Source of the DNA: an uncultured Dehalococcoidia bacterium
Lineage (GTDB): Bacteria; Chloroflexota; Dehalococcoidia; Lucifugimonadales; UBA3495
Length of the DNA: 47,062 nucleotides
Reading direction: 5' to 3'
Assembly (NCBI GenBank): GCA_964451445.1
Contig: CAYVIG010000001.1
Coordinates: 1 to 47,062, forward strand
A program made the translations under genes and the position numbers. How positions within the stretch are numbered: position 1 is the first letter of the stretch; every line of letters starts with the position of its first letter. A model generated the notes under the pieces. The model saw nothing but the letters and a program-made list of their open reading frames with translations. It had not been told where the DNA came from and searched no databases. Of this stretch, positions 33,801 through 43,056 are shown in pieces.

Positions 33801-36800
33801 TTTGAAACTCTTCCACCTCCAAAAACTTCCTGTACCAATCGGTCTGTTCCACCTATATTTCTTCTCATTCTAACAGGTAGGTCTAAGTCACCAGCTTCAG
33901 CAGTCATCACATCAGAAGAACCGTCTCTTATCCTTGACGCTGATATATTCCCACCATCTAAATATGAACTAATAACACTTCTTTCTAATATAGGTATCAT
34001 CCATTCTGAAGCCATTATTCCATTGTTTTGTATAATATAATCTAAACCTGTGTTGACAAGATATTGGTCTCCAACTTCTTGAGAATACCCTAATACTTTT
34101 CTAGCAACAGCAGTAGCATTGATAGGGTCTTGCCATAATAAATCCATATTCTTTTCAAATGTACTCATCCTTCTATTGATTTGAGTCCAATCAGTAGCTG
34201 ATGCTTGACCATCAGTATTCCAGTGTATCGATGTGTTTGCACCAAAGACAGCATCATGTTCTCTAGAGGCTTGTCTGATATTGATACTTTCTAGAGGTAT
34301 TCTTTGAACGTAATTATCAGCATAATTAAGTGTAATTTGATTTGCAACCTTACTTAACGTTTCTAGACCTAAATTTTCACTAGTCATAGAATTGACAGGC
34401 ATATAATTTTCAACTATCTCACCATCTCTGTTCTTAGTCTCATTCCTTTTATTAGCTGATTTAAAAGTTATTCCATGTATACTTCTTGCACTAAACACAG
34501 GGTCTAATGTTGGATTATACTGAATAGATGTTTTCAGTAAGAAAGATGATATATCCCCAGTGTCTCTATTTATATCATTATGTGCAAATATTGGCTTTAT
34601 AGCTCCTGCTTTTATATGCCTACCTCCATGTGAGTCGTATTCTATCATGCTATCTTTAACACCTATTAATGACATAAGAGATTCAAAAGCATCTCTGCTA
34701 ACATAAGTTATAGCGTCTACATTAGTTCTGCCGGCTTCTAAGGTTTCCTTCATAGCATCAATCTGTTCTTGCGTATACTTCCTATCAAGACCTTCTTCAT
34801 ATCTTCGAGCTGATGTTTCTGCATGGTCAAAAGGGTTAAATTCACCAGCTCGTTCAAAGCTCATTTCATCATCAATAGATAATATTTTAAAAGGGGAAGT
34901 TCCATCTTCACCAAAAACTCTCTTAACAGCTTCAAATGCTATTGCGTGTCTATCTGAATCCGTTCTTTGTTTACGCATAAGAGCATAATGAAAAGCAATA
35001 TTTTCTGGTGTACCTACAAAGCCAGTCTTAGGTTCAAACATTTTTAAACGCTTCCAATCTGATTTCAAGTCAGAAGCTGAAAGAGTCTCTAGTAAATACG
35101 CTTCAACTTTAGTTGGACTATCAGAAACAGCTCTTATAATAGTGATAGCCTCTGCTATCTTAGAATCCCTTTTATCGCCTAAGTCAAATATTTCTTCAAG
35201 CTTTCTAGATATTCTTGTGTTACTCATATCAACAACAGCTTCTAAATCTTTTCTAAACTCAGAATTTCTATCCATAAAAGAATCTCTTATAGCCCCAACA
35301 GATGAGTCATTAACCTTTATAAGTATATCTGTTCCCTCATCTAAACTGACAAGAGAGAACTCTTCATGTTCTTTTGCTAATACATCTTTATTTTTCTCTA
35401 AATCTCGTGTTGTACCTTCTTGGTAAAATTCTTTTTTAGCTTCGACAGAGTTTACACCCATACTTCCTCTTGATATATCTGATTCTATCTCAGCTCTTAA
35501 ATTTTTGTCTATAAAATTATATCGTCTACCATCTCTACCTATCGCACTATTACTCATAATAAACATATTACCAGCTAGACCTGGAACGTATCTCTCAATA
35601 CCTAAAAAACCACCTTTCTCTGTATTAGGTACAGACATTTTCGAAAGTTCCCATCCCCCTTGATTGTATTCTAAAGTTCTAACAATCTTACTTGTAAATG
35701 CATTAGATAAAACTTGACCTAAATCGGTGTTGAGGTCTTGCATTAACTGTCCTCGTTCAGATGCTTTAAGTGTGCCTTCTGATATTGCTATCTCCATTCT
35801 TCCTATAATATCTTGCTTTATTGTATCAAAGAAGAAATCAACCATCTCCTCTGGAGTTAAATCTCTTCTGTTTTTTAACTCTACCAATCTAGCTTTATCA
35901 CGTCTTAATTTATCAAGAACTGCTTGAGGTACTTCTCTATTTAAAGCTCTATAATTAGTTTCTATACTATTTAAAGCTGAATCAAGTATATGTATTCCTG
36001 AGTTTTCAGTTTGTAACCTCTCCATCAGGGCTCTTTCAAGTTTTACAAAATCAGCTGTATCATATAGATATTTTGAAAGAAATCTATTTGGACTTATTTT
36101 GTTTTCTTGTTCTATATTTACCTTATCTGACGGTAATTCTTTATTAGATATTTGACCTTCTATTATATCTTCTACATCTTTCCTATCAGGTTTTAAGTTC
36201 CACTCTCTTACTTCTCTAAACATTTTTGCTAAGATAGTCTGATAATCTCCATGAGGTGTATCAGGGGATGCGTTTTCAATAGCTTCAAGTATATTCTCAT
36301 ACTCTGGTTTTAATTTTCTTATCGCTCTAACAGCATTTATATTATTGTCATTTAATGCGATAGTCATTTGTTCGGTTAAGGATTTAACAGTAGCTCCGCT
36401 TTTTGTATACATATCATGCAATTCTTTATCAACTACCTTACCATCGCTATCAATTAGAGATTCTGCCATACCTCTAACTCTATTTATCAAATCAGAACCT
36501 TCTACAATCATAGTATGAGCATCTTCCATCCCTGCTAAGTTCTTTTCTCTTCTAGATTCCATCTCAGCGACTCTTAAAGCAGACCAAATAACCTCTTCCT
36601 TGTCTTTCATGGAGTCTTTAGAATCCATCCTTATCATTTTAGAGCCACTATTTATAACTGCTTCATGTATATCTTGATAAAATTCTCTTAATAATTGTAC
36701 TTCGCCTGGGTCTTTCCCTTTTGCTTCCATTTGACTAAAATAATATTCCATATCAACAGGGTCTCTTAATCGACCAATGCTTTCTGTAAAATCCCTATTT

Positions 36801-39800
36801 TTAGATAGGCTTAAAATACCACGCTTTATTTCTCTTGAAGCTCCTGGTATATCTAATTTAGAAATTGCCTTGTCAACAAGTTTGGCTTCAACGTATTGTA
36901 AAGCATCTGCGTTCTTAAAGGCATCACCAAACATACCCTCTGCTAAATCTTTAATTTCAGTTGCTTGCTCAATAGATATTTCATTATCTCTATCAGTGCC
37001 AGATTTCTGTTGATTACCTAATTTATTAATTCTGCTAAAGTTAGCGACAAATTCTGATAGCTCTGATAATTCACTATCATTTAACTTACCTTTGTTCTCG
37101 CTATTACCATCTAGCTTTGTTTTCCCAGTTGTAAATATTTGGTCAACCTTATCTTGTAACTCTTTAACTTTTTCTGGTGATTGATTTGTAGATACTTTAT
37201 CAGGGCTTCCTGTCATAAACTCCATAACATTCTCTGCTTGAGTCCATTTACGACTTACATCATAAGCAGCGTGCCAAACATCGTGACCTAATATTAAGTC
37301 ATCCTGTGTACCTGATTCTTTTCTAGCTTCCCTTGTAGAGCTTTCACCGTATACTATACGATGATGGTCATCAACTCTTTCACGGTGAATCTTAACTGCT
37401 GAATCCCAATCTCCAGAACTAGCATCAAACTTTCCTTCAGCTCCTATATTTTGTTCAACAATCCACCTGTTTCTTCTACCCCATTCAACAACTTGATTCC
37501 AAGTTAGTATAACATTTTGCTTTTGTTGAGAGTCAGCGTTCTTGGTATCAGAAGATTTGTATGGCATTTTAATAGTTTTAGGGACAACTATTCTTCCATC
37601 ATCTAATGTTTGATATTTAATACCTAAAGCGTCAGCTATATTAGTAAACCAACCAACGATATTATTATGAGCATATCTTGTTGTCTCAATAGAAGCCTCT
37701 GCCTGCAAATTTTCTAATAATCTATGTACATTATTTTCTCCCCTCATAGTAGCTCTTTTACCTTGAATAGGAGTATTAGCCAGCTCTTTAACGAACTCAA
37801 CAGCTTCCTTTGGTGTCATCTCTCGAAGCACTGTCTCGCCAGACTGGAATCCATCTAAATGTTTTACCATAGACATGGCTATTGAATATTGTTCCCTTAT
37901 TAATGCTTTCTCTTTTTTTGAATACTTTTTACTAGTTAAAGCTTCATGGATAGCCGCATCAAATGCTTGAGCATCAGGGTTGTCTGATTTAACTTTATTA
38001 GGGTCAAGCTCATTGTCTCTTAATCTCTCAAACATCCTTCTGTAATCAGGGTGAGCCTCTGTCATATTTATTAATAGACTGTCTCTATATTTTTCAGGGA
38101 CTTCTATATTTCGAAAGTATTGTTCACCTACTCTTTGTCTTTGTTTTCTACTTAATCCAAACCGTTGTAAAGCAGCTGTTGTTTCGGCTAAATAACCATT
38201 TTTACCTTCAATGTACTCATTAATTTTTGTTCCCCTTCTAGCTCCATACCATTTTTGAGAACCAATTGGGTCTTGCCTTCTAAAGCTTCTACCTTGTCTT
38301 GTAAAAATTGCACCCATAACTATATTAGCTGAAATATCTTCCCATCCCTCACCAAAAGAAGTTCCAAGAGTATGTTTAACTCTATCTGTAACATTAGCAC
38401 CATGCGTTGTTTTCCACACTTCATGAACTGTCTGTAAATTCATAGTGAAAGCACCAGCTCCCATTCTAGGTAGGGAATGACCTAATTCTTTCATAGTCTC
38501 TTTACCTAGTAAGAATGGAGCATTATTGCGAAAGGCTCTTCTTACTTGAGCCAACACTAACGGAAGTTCTTTCTCTGGTATATGTGTCCACCAATCAGTT
38601 TTACCTATATGTTTATCTAAAGCAGGTATTTTATAATGTTTTAAAGAACCTTCACTTGAATTGTTGATAAGCTTTAAGGTAGCCCTCATTTCTCTAGGCT
38701 TCATATTTTTTATAGGCTTTAGACTTCTCATAAGACCACCAACAACCGTATTTATCTTACCTTTGTTCTTGTTCCAAGGTCTAGGTATTGTTAACAATGG
38801 CTTTGTAGTACCCTTACCAAAATGCCTAACAGGTCCTAAGAAACCTAAATAAGCACCATGTTTTAATCCTTCGTTAACCAAATGTCCCCACCCTGCGTCT
38901 TTATAGTATCCTTCAGGTCCAAAGAATGTTAAATCTTTATTAGAATCTGCATATTGCTGAGCATCTCCCCATAAAGCATCAGCATATTGACTAGCTAATG
39001 TAGAGCCAATCCCATATGTCGCCCCTAATAAAGCATCATAGCTATAAGCGGCTAGTAAATCTCCAGTCATTCCAGGTATTCTACCAATAGTTCCTTCTAG
39101 TAATGCATGAACATTTCCTGGTTTATTATACTTGACAGTTTCAAGGGCGATACTTGCAATATCATCAGCTGCGTCATCTGCTACGCCTGATACTTTAGAT
39201 AGAGTTTCTTTTATTTCAGCTTTAGCTACTTTGTCATATAATTCATTATGCTTTCTTAATCCAATGCCAGCAGCTCTACCTTTTCTACCAATAGATGTCT
39301 TAGCTACTTTTATAACCTCTGCAGCTGCGTCATCTGCTAACTTAGTTGAGGACTTTCCTGTGAGCTTAGCAGCTCCTTCTATTAATTCTTTTTGAGCTAC
39401 TTTCGATAGTCTAGGAGTTACTCCAAGAAGTCTAGTTGCACCTCCAACGGCTTTAGCTCCTACATAACCAACGCCTTTAACAAGTTTAGCAGCTGCTCCA
39501 AAAGGAATTAACATACCAAGACCAGCTCCAACAGCGTGTCCTGCCATAGCTCTTGGAGTTAAATCCCAAAACTCTTCATCCTCATCCCCAATAAGAGACT
39601 TCTTCATAGTGCCCTTATCGTACCCACCTAAATGTTCCCAAAGAGATGGTGCTACTGCAGCAGTACTAGCTAATCCCCATATAAATTGATTGGAAAATGT
39701 ACCACCTTTTTCTGTTTGGTCAGCATCCATCCTTACACGATTTAAGGCAGATGCTCTTACTCTCTCAGCGTCTTCAACCTCTGATATATTTCTTATCACA

Positions 39801-39907
39801 TTGACAGACTTAGATGGAGAGTTATATCGTACTTGCTCTTCGTCTAGAGAAGCATTTAAATCTCTAATAAATTGTCTTTTATCTACAAATAATGAATCTT
39901 GAGGCAT
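30815..39907 (-). CDS. Giant protein (3030 aa) with a two-barrel (beta-like plus beta-prime-like) RNA-polymerase core in residues ~1760-2225; candidate virion-packaged RNAP
   Basis: The ORF is uninterrupted for 9.09 kb. Motifs were read from the translation (see the two motif features). The RNAP call rests on motif matches by eye. The CDS itself is essentially certain. Confidence 0.65.
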   Translation of the reverse strand: MPQDSLFVDKRQFIRDLNASLDEEQVRYNSPSKSVNVIRNISEVEDAERVRASALNRVRMDADQTEKGGTFSNQFIWGLASTAAVAPSLWEHLGGYDKGTMKKSLIGDEDEEFWDLTPRAMAGHAVGAGLGMLIPFGAAAKLVKGVGYVGAKAVGGATRLLGVTPRLSKVAQKELIEGAAKLTGKSSTKLADDAAAEVIKVAKTSIGRKGRAAGIGLRKHNELYDKVAKAEIKETLSKVSGVADDAADDIASIALETVKYNKPGNVHALLEGTIGRIPGMTGDLLAAYSYDALLGATYGIGSTLASQYADALWGDAQQYADSNKDLTFFGPEGYYKDAGWGHLVNEGLKHGAYLGFLGPVRHFGKGTTKPLLTIPRPWNKNKGKINTVVGGLMRSLKPIKNMKPREMRATLKLINNSSEGSLKHYKIPALDKHIGKTDWWTHIPEKELPLVLAQVRRAFRNNAPFLLGKETMKELGHSLPRMGAGAFTMNLQTVHEVWKTTHGANVTDRVKHTLGTSFGEGWEDISANIVMGAIFTRQGRSFRRQDPIGSQKWYGARRGTKINEYIEGKNGYLAETTAALQRFGLSRKQRQRVGEQYFRNIEVPEKYRDSLLINMTEAHPDYRRMFERLRDNELDPNKVKSDNPDAQAFDAAIHEALTSKKYSKKEKALIREQYSIAMSMVKHLDGFQSGETVLREMTPKEAVEFVKELANTPIQGKRATMRGENNVHRLLENLQAEASIETTRYAHNNIVGWFTNIADALGIKYQTLDDGRIVVPKTIKMPYKSSDTKNADSQQKQNVILTWNQVVEWGRRNRWIVEQNIGAEGKFDASSGDWDSAVKIHRERVDDHHRIVYGESSTREARKESGTQDDLILGHDVWHAAYDVSRKWTQAENVMEFMTGSPDKVSTNQSPEKVKELQDKVDQIFTTGKTKLDGNSENKGKLNDSELSELSEFVANFSRINKLGNQQKSGTDRDNEISIEQATEIKDLAEGMFGDAFKNADALQYVEAKLVDKAISKLDIPGASREIKRGILSLSKNRDFTESIGRLRDPVDMEYYFSQMEAKGKDPGEVQLLREFYQDIHEAVINSGSKMIRMDSKDSMKDKEEVIWSALRVAEMESRREKNLAGMEDAHTMIVEGSDLINRVRGMAESLIDSDGKVVDKELHDMYTKSGATVKSLTEQMTIALNDNNINAVRAIRKLKPEYENILEAIENASPDTPHGDYQTILAKMFREVREWNLKPDRKDVEDIIEGQISNKELPSDKVNIEQENKISPNRFLSKYLYDTADFVKLERALMERLQTENSGIHILDSALNSIETNYRALNREVPQAVLDKLRRDKARLVELKNRRDLTPEEMVDFFFDTIKQDIIGRMEIAISEGTLKASERGQLMQDLNTDLGQVLSNAFTSKIVRTLEYNQGGWELSKMSVPNTEKGGFLGIERYVPGLAGNMFIMSNSAIGRDGRRYNFIDKNLRAEIESDISRGSMGVNSVEAKKEFYQEGTTRDLEKNKDVLAKEHEEFSLVSLDEGTDILIKVNDSSVGAIRDSFMDRNSEFRKDLEAVVDMSNTRISRKLEEIFDLGDKRDSKIAEAITIIRAVSDSPTKVEAYLLETLSASDLKSDWKRLKMFEPKTGFVGTPENIAFHYALMRKQRTDSDRHAIAFEAVKRVFGEDGTSPFKILSIDDEMSFERAGEFNPFDHAETSARRYEEGLDRKYTQEQIDAMKETLEAGRTNVDAITYVSRDAFESLMSLIGVKDSMIEYDSHGGRHIKAGAIKPIFAHNDINRDTGDISSFLLKTSIQYNPTLDPVFSARSIHGITFKSANKRNETKNRDGEIVENYMPVNSMTSENLGLETLSKVANQITLNYADNYVQRIPLESINIRQASREHDAVFGANTSIHWNTDGQASATDWTQINRRMSTFEKNMDLLWQDPINATAVARKVLGYSQEVGDQYLVNTGLDYIIQNNGIMASEWMIPILERSVISSYLDGGNISASRIRDGSSDVMTAEAGDLDLPVRMRRNIGGTDRLVQEVFGGGRVSNYSAGKPLKIFDKKSLAASGDTHNSNTNDTHALVVRVESGSEGIFVDRGKNGNVLYIDGFQVSRDKKLRGEPVVVYDMAESMTDKVTTESLVSEMTRKYELAEAKVQETLGIRELEGLTVAEYIHKLENLHGKDGQEVWLAGLKSRQPRNMAGDIVIEKVQGVSKGEGNVAETNSVDALTILDADFDFDKSSNYLSAPEGVWGEASRLAGHTTLASNKDIHNKIKKEFESFQDAVEHKGNIIETGIVRSRFVKMHQIMTYMNNMFGEGAIGEISIGKNQYHLKLKRGQSNYLNTSDTITKYVKAFIDVYKDTPRNWNNKEFVQDSMRDIWFGEDGLFKLEKISGSQVGDNEINNLRPAEFNNIVEAVERNFIRPLGSYIQLNRGQDIDGGGYSRHAGLQEFATAYDKLQYAFHKDKNKAYMGSGIDMETGLTSARGYFNTRTQSPFDLGMRRMQNLNARKFRDIDPFQSDVGKLLRLIEEGEAYDVPGLTSEQAYQQQYNKNINNAFKNYVKNEMRAADVIGIRRRLDAVENKIQDMRLRYKPELVEDYSEFKGLESEKIKLTEALTDLQHIMGAGRDWQNTKGEMFFDKAAYPFANTEASFLPAGKYTNNTRDPIVVIKGDKIVEVIAPGKNNFNALGKNMKFHRHGRRYEYSSEDQTGAYINHEAFTGLPTIYRDGAIKEVMPRGEYKVYDAMVRELGDRLKDIDARMLPNHTGRAKLYLHPRQHSLVGSERKAQLHYLIMDKFGQRATDKSSSELLRIHALFQKMLTPESSKNIILSFPVTGSNVQKMAHMEKVYMKDFGRMEQLAIEYLKDIVNQTGYTDGPITQKYAADILKNIMYQQKLGYRKLVEPMGDYRLAMDGMVGSDIDVKNHYLFNSDYLNQTVHEKFREMNKSEKDAANVLIGYTQGEGGMIDPISMYRAALKLKKHIPANQIFFNSQKFHDGKSRNFGNIPTNKIARYWDNAKNLNRNYGRDGIVKEKPLDHWKRKSECIR
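33236..33367 (-). other. Beta-prime-like catalytic barrel motif with the metal-binding Asp triad, residues 2181-2224
   Basis: RQPRNMAGDIVIEKV, then about 20 residues later ILDADFDFD. Compare bacterial beta-prime: NRAPTLHRLGIQAFEPV ... YNADFDGD. The spacing from R to the first Asp is 39 residues here versus 35. Confidence 0.65.
34481..34627 (-). other. Beta-subunit-like catalytic barrel motif, residues 1761-1809
   Basis: GGRHIKAGAIKP, then about 25 residues later YNPTLDPVFSARS. Compare bacterial beta: GRHGNKGVISKI ... NPLGVPSRMN. Confidence 0.55.
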
Positions 39908-39908
39908 A

Positions 39909-41147
39909 TTATCTTGGAGGGTATGCGGCTTTTGATTGTTTATCTTTTTGGTTATTCAAATCTTGACTTACATCAGAAAATACGCTAACTATATTTCTTG
40001 TTGCACTATTACCGCTCTTATAAACATCAGAAACTTTCTTTCTATCGTATTCAAAGTTAGCATTATCTAAAGCCTTGAATGTATCTAGTATTCTACTCGC
40101 GTCTAATGACTTAGATTGTTCACTTACAAACATTAATCTTCTTTGGGTTTCATCATAATTATTAATATCTCCAGTTGTTTCTAACATATTATTTAATGTT
40201 AAAATTAAATCCTTTTTATCCTCGACTCCTTTAGCACCTTTTATAGCATCCGCTGTTAAATTTAACTCATTTCTAAGAAAACTTCTATATTCGTTACTCT
40301 TTTGAAATGCCATAGCAGACGCTTTAGCCTGTAAGTCTTTCATTGAATGAGGTGCATATTCATGTATAATACCTTCATATCTTTCCCATGTCTTTTCAGT
40401 TGTAGGCGAACCTCTAAAAATATGACCTTCCGTTTTACCTTCACTAAAATCTGCCCTTTTCATATTTTTCAACTCTGAAATCTTAGAAGCATCTGTTTTG
40501 GCAAGGTTTCTTAAGCTTCTGCCTGTTAAGCCTCCTCCACCACCTCGATATTGCAAGTAATCCATATAACCAGGATTTATATCATGAGCAGCTGCAATAC
40601 TTTCGGCAGATTTTTGATAGACTTCAGTTAGTGCTAAATTATAAAAATAATTATCTATTTTATTAGCCCTTACTCCTCTAGCTTCACCAATTTTTTTTGC
40701 ATGAGAAATCATTCCAGACCTTTCGGATTCAGCTCTGCTTCTATCCTTAGACGCTTCTACTCTATATCCTCTATTCCAACCTTTATTTAAATCCCCCATA
40801 TTCTTATCCCAAAAACCCTGACCTGACCAATCCCACGGGTCTAAGCCTTCTCCTAGTACTGAATGCAATCCTTCTGTTGAGGCTGCTTGAGTTGAAGAAA
40901 ATAGCTCTTCAGCTTCTCCCATTAAAAGACCAGGCTCTAAATAACTCTCAATATTACCATACAATCCTTTTATGCCAGATAAAGTACCCTCACCTTGAAC
41001 AACTTCCTCTTGTAAAATTTGATTTGTTCTTTGCTCAACGGTAGGAGACGCAGGTGATACTTTACTAGAATCAACAGGTTCTTCTTTAGGTCTATATTTA
41101 TTTAAATATTTACTTCTTAAATTCTTCTTTTTCTTGTCACCGTTCAT
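39909..41147 (-). CDS. Virion/ejection-type protein of unknown function (412 aa)
   Basis: ORF track. Its stop lies 1 nt before the giant ORF's start. Confidence 0.85.
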   Translation of the reverse strand: MNGDKKKKNLRSKYLNKYRPKEEPVDSSKVSPASPTVEQRTNQILQEEVVQGEGTLSGIKGLYGNIESYLEPGLLMGEAEELFSSTQAASTEGLHSVLGEGLDPWDWSGQGFWDKNMGDLNKGWNRGYRVEASKDRSRAESERSGMISHAKKIGEARGVRANKIDNYFYNLALTEVYQKSAESIAAAHDINPGYMDYLQYRGGGGGLTGRSLRNLAKTDASKISELKNMKRADFSEGKTEGHIFRGSPTTEKTWERYEGIIHEYAPHSMKDLQAKASAMAFQKSNEYRSFLRNELNLTADAIKGAKGVEDKKDLILTLNNMLETTGDINNYDETQRRLMFVSEQSKSLDASRILDTFKALDNANFEYDRKKVSDVYKSGNSATRNIVSVFSDVSQDLNNQKDKQSKAAYPPR

Positions 41148-42511
41148 CTTATATCCAATACTCCCATCTCAAGATGGTCTAAAAATTCTTTAAATGCATC
41201 AGCTGACCTTTGATTGAAATTTTGGCTACTTTCATCCGATGCGTCATACATGACATCCATCCAATCATCCCATTCTTTTTCATTCTTAACATTAATTATT
41301 AAACGCTGTTGCCTTCCTGCTCCAGTGTCATATATTTCATGGTCTAAATCAATAGACCCTTCAGCCGCAGCTTGGTCAAATATGCCTACAAAATTAGGAT
41401 ATTGGAGAGACCATGAGTCAATCTTTTCTTCTTGAGGGTAAGTTGAATCAAAATGTAGCTTCAATCTATCCTTTGCAATCTGACCTGTCTCATCACCTGT
41501 CGTAACTAGTCTTTTTAAACTTTTATATTGTGTATCCATTCCTAAATAACTAAATATTTCTTGTGCTACACTAATATCAGATTTTGACCTTCCCTTTTTA
41601 TCCCACTTTATAAATCCTTCAATAATACTTCTGTCTGTTGCTTGTGGATTACCCCACATATCATACATAGCTTGTTCGTATTGAGATAAAACAGCTGGAG
41701 CAACGCCTGCCTTTGACTCTAAAAATTTCTTTTCCATTTCAAACGTAGAATCTGTTTTTTCAAGACCTCTTTCAGTATCCATATATAATGCAGAATATAT
41801 AGGTGTAGTATATTTTTGATATATTATATCTTCTTCAGTTGCATATTGTTCAGTTTTTGATTCATCAGCATACTTACCTGTAACTCTTTTATCCTTTAAA
41901 TAATCTTGATACTTATCAGCTGACATAATTCGTTTATTAGCGGCTAGCCCTGACCTCACGCCTCTTCCAAACCCTTCCCAGTCTATACCTTCGAGACCTT
42001 TATATTCGCCTTTTGCATCTTGTATAATTGTTTCTTCCATCATATCAATATCGTGGACAGTTAAAACACCAGGACTTGCATCCCCCTTATAATCTAAATT
42101 TTCTGCAAAAGCAGCGCCTCTTTGAACACTAGTTCTATACGCAGAGTACAAATCTCCTCCATAATCTATACCATGAACACCAATAGCATCTTCTAAATTA
42201 GCAACTCTTTCAGCTTGTTTGTCATATGTAAGAGTACCTGATTTTGGTGCATAAAAGCCTTCGGAATCTTTCTTTAAATCTGACTCTGAGTATTGACTAA
42301 GTAAAGCTTTGTTATGTGTATATACATCTCTTTCTTTCTGCTCTCTATATGCTCTATCGTCTCTTAGTTGTTGTCTCTTAGTGGCAGCAGACTCTCTTAT
42401 ATTTTGCATAGCTATACGTTCTTTGCTACGAGTCTCTTCTCTTTCAATCCTAGAAAGCGTATCTAAGACGCTTGATAAATCTGCTAATGCTCCTAATCGT
42501 TGATTTGCCAT
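41144..42511 (-). CDS. Virion/ejection-type protein of unknown function (455 aa)
   Basis: ORF track. ATGA overlap with the downstream gene. Confidence 0.85.
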   Translation of the reverse strand: MANQRLGALADLSSVLDTLSRIEREETRSKERIAMQNIRESAATKRQQLRDDRAYREQKERDVYTHNKALLSQYSESDLKKDSEGFYAPKSGTLTYDKQAERVANLEDAIGVHGIDYGGDLYSAYRTSVQRGAAFAENLDYKGDASPGVLTVHDIDMMEETIIQDAKGEYKGLEGIDWEGFGRGVRSGLAANKRIMSADKYQDYLKDKRVTGKYADESKTEQYATEEDIIYQKYTTPIYSALYMDTERGLEKTDSTFEMEKKFLESKAGVAPAVLSQYEQAMYDMWGNPQATDRSIIEGFIKWDKKGRSKSDISVAQEIFSYLGMDTQYKSLKRLVTTGDETGQIAKDRLKLHFDSTYPQEEKIDSWSLQYPNFVGIFDQAAAEGSIDLDHEIYDTGAGRQQRLIINVKNEKEWDDWMDVMYDASDESSQNFNQRSADAFKEFLDHLEMGVLDIR

Positions 42512-43056
42512 TATAATTGACTTATTTGTGATTCAATCTCATCCATCTGTCTTCTCATATCAGCTGTGGATGCGAAAGCATTCGAATATGCTCCTATTTT
42601 TTGATTTTCATATTGTGTGTCTATATTTTCTTTACCTGCTTTATAGCCTTGCCAAACAGATGTTTGCATTTGGTCTGATGTCGCTTGGTCTCTATAACTA
42701 TTTGAGAAAGAACCTCCCCCATCATGTATTTTGCCCATCTCAGTCTTCAATCCTTCTGTCATCTGCGATGTCATCATATCTTTTTGAACTTGCTTTCTAT
42801 CATCTGCTAACTCCAACTCACCTTCAAGAGATTGACCTATGCCAACAGCACTGTAAGCAGTTTGACCCTTTTGTTCCTTCATTTGTTTCTTTAAAAGCTT
42901 GTCTGCGTCATCTTGTTTTTTTCTATCCCAAAGAGACATCCCAAGACCCGCGACAGCCACTGCCGCCTGAATCCAATCACTCTCATCATCATCAGAAGGC
43001 GACTTCTCTTTTTTAGTCCTGTGTGGTCGCATTCTTTTATAATGTCTTACAATCAT
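42511..43056 (-). CDS. Protein with one predicted transmembrane helix (181 aa)
   Basis: ORF track. WIQAAVAVAGLGMSLW is a hydrophobic segment between a basic/acidic N-terminus and a Q/K/E/D-rich remainder. 1-nt overlaps on both sides. Confidence 0.8.
   Translation of the reverse strand: MIVRHYKRMRPHRTKKEKSPSDDDESDWIQAAVAVAGLGMSLWDRKKQDDADKLLKKQMKEQKGQTAYSAVGIGQSLEGELELADDRKQVQKDMMTSQMTEGLKTEMGKIHDGGGSFSNSYRDQATSDQMQTSVWQGYKAGKENIDTQYENQKIGAYSNAFASTADMRRQMDEIESQISQL

Noticed and set aside
30815-39907. Giant ORF as an N4-type (T7-like, single-subunit) virion RNAP
   Set aside because: Size and context are reminiscent of N4 gp50. However, the motifs I can read (GRHxKxG ... NPxxxPxxSxR and RxP ... 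DADFDFD) belong to the two-barrel cellular RNAP family. I see no T7-like motif A/B/C pattern.
42528-43016. 162-aa + strand ORF. Many other 60-120-aa track ORFs lie opposite or out of frame to long genes, for example 456-782, 3765-4031, 4889-5248, 12156-12484, 15580-15804, 17847-18056, 24165-24467, 26172-26399, 35142-35426, 39132-39395 and 45399-45611.
   Set aside because: All lie entirely within longer, operon-consistent ORFs on the other strand or frame. They lack SD sequences and have low-complexity L/S/I/F-rich translations expected from antisense reading of AT-rich coding DNA.
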